A DNA stretch of 28,451 nt. Source: an uncultured Synergistales bacterium. Its GTDB lineage: Bacteria; Synergistota; Synergistia; Synergistales; Aminobacteriaceae. This document shows, in pieces, positions 23,733 through 28,451 of this stretch. Below the pieces are notes generated by a model. That model saw only the letters and a program-made list of their open reading frames with translations. It had not been told where the DNA came from and searched no databases. Numbering within the stretch: position 1 is the stretch's first letter; every line of letters starts with the position of its first letter. The stretch spans positions 1 to 28,451 of the forward strand of contig CAJODX010000008.1 of NCBI GenBank assembly GCA_905233295.1. Direction: 5' to 3'. The translations under genes were made by a program, and so were the position numbers.

Positions 23733-26351
23733 ATGCTAAGATCATTGATGACAGCAGTAACGGGTGTTCGCGCTCATCAGACAATGCTCGACGTTACGGG
23801 CAATAACATAGCCAACGCAAACACAACAGGCTTTAAAAAAGATTCAACGATTTTCGCCGATTTAATGTATCAGGCGAACAAATACGCTTCAGGCGCAAAC
23901 GACACACGCGGCGGTATCAACCCGGCACAGGTCGGTTTAGGTGTCAGCGTTTCCGCAATCGAAACGATTCATACTCAAGGTTCAGGCTCATATACGGGCA
24001 ACGCTTCAGATATGATGATTCAGGACAAAGGCTTCTTTGTCTATAAAGATGGCAACACTCAGCTTTTCAGCCGTTCGGGCGCATTAGTCCTTGATGGGAA
24101 CAGCGACATGGTAATGTCCGGACAGGGCTACCAGCTTCAGGGCTATAAAATGGAAGAAACTCCGCTTGACGGCTATCAGCAGGCGGCGGAACTTTCAACC
24201 GTTAATATTCCGCTCGGACAGAAAATCGACGCTAAGGCAACTACTCAGGTAGATTACCAGTGCAACCTTGACAGCAGAACGAGCGCGTATCTTTCATACG
24301 GCTTTGCAGATTTGCCTTACAATGCTTTCGCGGCATGGAACGGAAGCGAAACCGGCAAAGCTTCAATTCCAATCGCAGGCTCGAATTACGACATCAGCTT
24401 TTTAACAACGGGCGTGCGTTCAAGTCAGGTTACCTACAACCTTGACAGCACTGGCGCAACAACAAACGCTACGGATATAAACTATCTTGATATTGAACTC
24501 GCAAACGGAACGGCAACAACGACATTAAAATTTGACATTACCGACGTTAGCAATGATACAGGACTTCCTGTTCTGAGCCTTCCGAAACTCAAGGCTGATG
24601 CTGCCGGAGGGGCTTCATATCCAACAGCTACGACAAACAGTGCAGATACGAATTTTGTTGGCTGGTTTGATACGAGAGTCAGCACCGTTACAGCCGCAGC
24701 AACAGGAATATACGACGGCACTAATGCTTACCCGACAGCGACACAGGAGGAACTCGATAAATATTTTGTTCCTGTTTACAGTTTTCCCGGTCAGACACCT
24801 CCTCAGTATTTTGCCGCGCAGTATGACAGCGAAACAGGAGATTTGAAAATCCGCAAACTGACTCTTCTCAACGGTACAACCGAAGTTTCGGCTACGGCTG
24901 GACAGACCCTTCAGCAGGACATTACAGCGCGTGCAGTAGCTACACCTCCTGCAGGCACGACTGCTATTACGCAGATAAAGCTGGAGCCGTCAAGTTTCAC
25001 TTACAATCTCAATGACAATATGAACTACACAAACTTCCAGCTCAAGGGTTCGCCGACAGTTGCATATATTAACGATACCGGTGCTGTGGCATATGGAGTT
25101 CAGGAAATCGAATACAATTTTGTCGCTGAGTTTGACGAAAGCACAACACGACAGGTCAATGACGGTTCAAGCCTTTCCAAAACCGCCGCAGATCTGAAGC
25201 TCTGGTATTATGGCTACAGCAACGCCGATTTGAACGGCTTCGCAGCAACGACAGAAATGAAAATGCACAGAATGGAAGCTACCGTGTATTTCAATGCTGA
25301 CGGAACATTCGACTCTGTTGACTGGGTATCAGGCAACGACGATGCTCCTATGGGCTATCGAATCACTGATGATCCTGTTACGATAGGCACAGACACGTTT
25401 ACAGGAGCGAATTTCCAGATTTCAGTCGGCTCATCGAGCAAAACTTCAAGCGCAACAGACACCTTGAATTTCAGATCCGCAAAGAACCTTGACACTCCCG
25501 GACCTGCTGACAGCGAAGGAGTATGGGACACCGTAGGCACAACGTATCAGGGCGGCTATCACGCAACAAAACTCACGATTTACGATGACAACGGCAAAGA
25601 ACATACACTCGAAGTTACGTTCAAAAAAATCACAGAAAACCGTTGGCGCTGGGAGGCGTTCCTCGTTGAAAGAAACGAAAGCACAGGACTTGATGAACTT
25701 GTGAACATAATCCCGTCTCCAAGGTCGGGCGAAATTGAATTTGACGGCTCAGGACGCATCAGCAACGCATTCGCTGATGACAACGACAAGTCAAGACGCG
25801 GCGATAACAATGACAGATACCCGAACGCTGAAGTCGAAATTGAAATCCCGTTCAGCCTTAACGGTCAGCCCAACAGCGTTGTAACTCTGAATTTCGGCGG
25901 CGGAGTCGGTAGCGGCGGCACTGCGCTTGACGGCGTTACTCAGTTTGCTTCAGAGACGACAACAAAGCCCGTTTATCAGGACGGCTACACGATGGGAGTT
26001 TTGAAGAGCTATTCAGTCGCAGTCAACGGCTTAATCACAGGTTCATATGACAACGGCGTGAACATTCCGCTTTACCGCGTGGCTCTCGCAACATTTGCGA
26101 ACGAGCAGGGGCTTGAAAAAGTCGGCAACACGATGTTCAAGGCAACAGTGAACTCCGGCAACGCGAATATTGACGGCGCGACAACAAACGGCAAAGGCTC
26201 GATAATGTCGCAGTATGTAGAGATGTCAAACGTTGACCTTACGGAAGAGTTTACGCACCTGATAATCGCTCAGAGAGGTTTCCAGGCAAACGCAAGAACG
26301 GTTACGGTTAGCGATCAGATTCTTGAAGAAGTCGTGAACCTGAAGAGATAA
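23733..26351 (+). CDS. flgE: Flagellar hook protein FlgE, giant (872 aa)
   Basis: MLRSLMTAVTGVRAHQTMLDVTGNNIANANTTGFK; FlaE-type TIYDDNGKEHTLEVTFKK; C-terminal EMSNVDLTEEFTHLIIAQRGFQANAR. Confidence 0.95.
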   Translation: MLRSLMTAVTGVRAHQTMLDVTGNNIANANTTGFKKDSTIFADLMYQANKYASGANDTRGGINPAQVGLGVSVSAIETIHTQGSGSYTGNASDMMIQDKGFFVYKDGNTQLFSRSGALVLDGNSDMVMSGQGYQLQGYKMEETPLDGYQQAAELSTVNIPLGQKIDAKATTQVDYQCNLDSRTSAYLSYGFADLPYNAFAAWNGSETGKASIPIAGSNYDISFLTTGVRSSQVTYNLDSTGATTNATDINYLDIELANGTATTTLKFDITDVSNDTGLPVLSLPKLKADAAGGASYPTATTNSADTNFVGWFDTRVSTVTAAATGIYDGTNAYPTATQEELDKYFVPVYSFPGQTPPQYFAAQYDSETGDLKIRKLTLLNGTTEVSATAGQTLQQDITARAVATPPAGTTAITQIKLEPSSFTYNLNDNMNYTNFQLKGSPTVAYINDTGAVAYGVQEIEYNFVAEFDESTTRQVNDGSSLSKTAADLKLWYYGYSNADLNGFAATTEMKMHRMEATVYFNADGTFDSVDWVSGNDDAPMGYRITDDPVTIGTDTFTGANFQISVGSSSKTSSATDTLNFRSAKNLDTPGPADSEGVWDTVGTTYQGGYHATKLTIYDDNGKEHTLEVTFKKITENRWRWEAFLVERNESTGLDELVNIIPSPRSGEIEFDGSGRISNAFADDNDKSRRGDNNDRYPNAEVEIEIPFSLNGQPNSVVTLNFGGGVGSGGTALDGVTQFASETTTKPVYQDGYTMGVLKSYSVAVNGLITGSYDNGVNIPLYRVALATFANEQGLEKVGNTMFKATVNSGNANIDGATTNGKGSIMSQYVEMSNVDLTEEFTHLIIAQRGFQANARTVTVSDQILEEVVNLKR

Positions 26352-26368
26352 ATAATTTAATTCATGTT

Positions 26369-26411
26369 AAAAAATGCGCTTCAGATCTCAGGATTTGAAG
26401 CGTGTTTTTTT
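26369..26411. terminator. Bidirectional terminator between flgE and queA
   Basis: A-run, then ATGCGCTTCAGAT-CTCAGG-ATTTGAAGCGTGT (stem with G-U pairs), then T-run. Confidence 0.8.
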
Positions 26412-26420
26412 ATTATATTT

Positions 26421-27512
26421 TCACTGTATGAACATTGCGTCTCCGAAAGAAAAAAATCTCCATTTATCTTTTGCGCAGCCCTCGTAAATTTCCAGAAGCT
26501 GCGGCAGAATTTCTTCTTCACAACCGAATTTTTCGGCTTTATTTGCGGCAAACGCAGCCACGAGCATTATCAAAGAGCTTTCCGGTAAATGAAAATTTGT
26601 AATCAGCGCATCGACAATTTTGAATTTATATCCGGGATAAATGTACAAATTTGTATCTAAAATTCCGGAAGATATTTTGCCGTTTTGTGCAAAAGATTCG
26701 AGAGTTCTCGCTGCTGTTGTTCCTGATGCGATGACACGTCCGCCTTTAGCTTTGCATTCGCTGATTAAATTTGCAGTTTCTTCGGATAATTCACAATGCT
26801 CGGAATGAATTTCATGCTCTCTGATGTCAGGAGTTTTTACAGGTCTGAACGTTCCCAAGCCAACGTGAAGAGTTACAAAAGAAATTTTCACACCAATATC
26901 CTTAATTTTATTTAAAAGTTCCGGCGTGAAATGCAAACTCGCGGTAGGTGCTGCGACAGAGCCGTCGTTACGCGCAAACACAGTCTGATAAGCTTCGCGC
27001 ATGTCATTTTCATTTTTTATGTACGGCGGCAGAGGAACATTCCCGGATTCATCCAAAAATTTTATAAATTCATCACGTGATGTAAAATTAAATTTTATTT
27101 CTCGAATGCCTTCAGGCTTCTCATCAAGAATATTTATGAAAACATCTCCGGCTTTTAATTTTGCATTTTTATGAATTTTCCGCGCAGGTTTTACCAATGC
27201 CTCCCAAGTCAGGAAATCGCCGGTGAGATTTTTCAGCAAAAAAATTTCACACTGACCGCCTGATTCACGTATTCCCTTCAATCGAGCCGGAATAACTTTT
27301 GTGTCATTTAACACCAATAAATCATTCGGACGCAAAAATTTTGTAATATCGCGGAAAATATTTTCACGCAAAATTTTATTTCCTTTTACGTTCCACACCA
27401 GCAGTCGCGAGGAGTCGCGCGGTGAAGCCGGAAACTGTGCAATATTCTCCGGCGGGAGTTCATAAAAATACGAACTTAATTTGTATAAATCTTCGTGCGC
27501 TATCGTTTTCAC
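26421..27512 (-). CDS. queA: tRNA preQ1(34) S-adenosylmethionine ribosyltransferase-isomerase QueA
   Basis: [23 protein letters not shown]...[47 protein letters not shown] start overlaps the spoIID stop. Confidence 0.96.
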   Translation of the reverse strand: MKTIAHEDLYKLSSYFYELPPENIAQFPASPRDSSRLLVWNVKGNKILRENIFRDITKFLRPNDLLVLNDTKVIPARLKGIRESGGQCEIFLLKNLTGDFLTWEALVKPARKIHKNAKLKAGDVFINILDEKPEGIREIKFNFTSRDEFIKFLDESGNVPLPPYIKNENDMREAYQTVFARNDGSVAAPTASLHFTPELLNKIKDIGVKISFVTLHVGLGTFRPVKTPDIREHEIHSEHCELSEETANLISECKAKGGRVIASGTTAARTLESFAQNGKISSGILDTNLYIYPGYKFKIVDALITNFHLPESSLIMLVAAFAANKAEKFGCEEEILPQLLEIYEGCAKDKWRFFSFGDAMFIQ

Positions 27513-28451
27513 TTGAATCTCTTAATTTCCGTTCCGGGATAATAATGCGTTAAAATCTGTTCAGCAGTGTAGCCCTGTTCCGCCATTGCCATAGCTCCCC
27601 ACTGGCACATTCCGACACCATGTCCCCAGCCGCGCCCGTAAAATACAAATTCGTTGCCGGATTTTTCGATTGAATAGCCGTATTTGTTTAATTTTGGCGG
27701 CTGAGCAGTTACATTTGTAATTGTTTTTGTTTGCGATTTTTTCTGTTGTGCGCTGCGATCAAGCCCGATTTTGTAATAATTTTTCTTTTTATCCGTATTT
27801 GTGAGCATGTCTATTAACTCTGTTGTTGTAAAAATCCCGTTAGCACTCATTTGAGCTATTCCCTGCTCTTCCTCAAATGTTAAATTTGAAGCAGTATCTG
27901 AATTTTTATGTACGCCGACAAGCCCGCCGCCCGTTGAATCTTTATTACTGGCGTTGTACGCTCCGCCCGAAGGCGTAAACATTGTACTTTTAAGCGTTCT
28001 TGGGTCAAGATTCAGTCTAAACTGGCTTGCTTTAATCGTTTGAGTTCCGTTCGTGCCTATGAAAGTCATATCAATCGCGCGACCGCCCTCATCGACATCT
28101 GAAACCTGAATTTCTTTAATGTTACCAACGTCAGAGCCTGAAACTTTGCGGACAACTCCGCGGATTTTTTCATTTGAAAATTTTGCGTTCCACACTGCGA
28201 CAGGTGATTTGTAATTTACAATTTCAGGTACGCCTGTTAAATATGGTACATCGCGCCCCCATACGTCTTTGATGTTTGCGGTATGTCCGCCGCTGTCTGA
28301 ATGAAAATACGTTTGAGCGAGTTCATTTCCGTACGTTAAAACCGCGCCTGATGTACTGGATACAGCTTTGTTTGTTTTCGCGGTCTCAACGCCGGCACCT
28401 TTATAAACCTGATCCGCGTCTGTATCTACAACGTCATAACCCTTTTCGGCA
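27509..28451 (-). CDS. SpoIID/LytB-domain protein (partial, 5' end beyond the right edge)
   Basis: The frame is open to the window edge: [53 protein letters not shown]...ILTHYYPGT. Confidence 0.9.
   Translation of the reverse strand, partial: AEKGYDVVDTDADQVYKGAGVETAKTNKAVSSTSGAVLTYGNELAQTYFHSDSGGHTANIKDVWGRDVPYLTGVPEIVNYKSPVAVWNAKFSNEKIRGVVRKVSGSDVGNIKEIQVSDVDEGGRAIDMTFIGTNGTQTIKASQFRLNLDPRTLKSTMFTPSGGAYNASNKDSTGGGLVGVHKNSDTASNLTFEEEQGIAQMSANGIFTTTELIDMLTNTDKKKNYYKIGLDRSAQQKKSQTKTITNVTAQPPKLNKYGYSIEKSGNEFVFYGRGWGHGVGMCQWGAMAMAEQGYTAEQILTHYYPGTEIKRFK

Noticed and set aside
1-28451. CRISPR arrays, tRNA/rRNA, IS elements, prophage or defence genes
   Set aside because: I saw no regularly spaced direct repeats, cloverleaf, transposase, integrase or defence motifs.

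Overview
This window is chromosomal housekeeping and motility DNA, probably from a Synergistota (Synergistaceae-like) anaerobe. That placement is inferred from the GGCGGSS lipoprotein start, the spirochaete-like FlgE, and the diderm LptF/G gene alongside a Firmicutes-style flagellar operon. From left to right it holds: a 5'-partial exported DUF3857/transglutaminase-like gene missing from the ORF track, an orphan cobJ, a Cache MCP, and a sigma28-driven fliS-flgN-M48 peptidase unit. Next come an accessory pair of secreted proteins with a metallo-beta-lactamase remnant, a minus-strand operon (DUF4139 with a frameshift, membrane protein with degenerate GGDEF, LptF/G, hydE), the fliE-fliF-fliG-fliH-fliI-fliJ-slt-motE-fliK-flgD-flgE operon, queA, and a partial spoIID/lytB. 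The strongest leads are: (1) an 872-aa FlgE that keeps the spirochaete lysinoalanine self-crosslink residues (K164/C177/N178) and has a ~425-aa insertion right after them; (2) a PelD-like membrane protein with an intact RxxD site but a dead GGDEF; (3) CsrA-type ANGGAN hairpins in both the fliE and flgE leaders; (4) an M48 protease translationally coupled to a sigma28 flagellar chaperone operon; (5) an ORF-less promoter-terminator unit at 6.3 kb. I saw no tRNA, rRNA, CRISPR array or IS element. All family calls come from motif recognition by eye, not from database searches.
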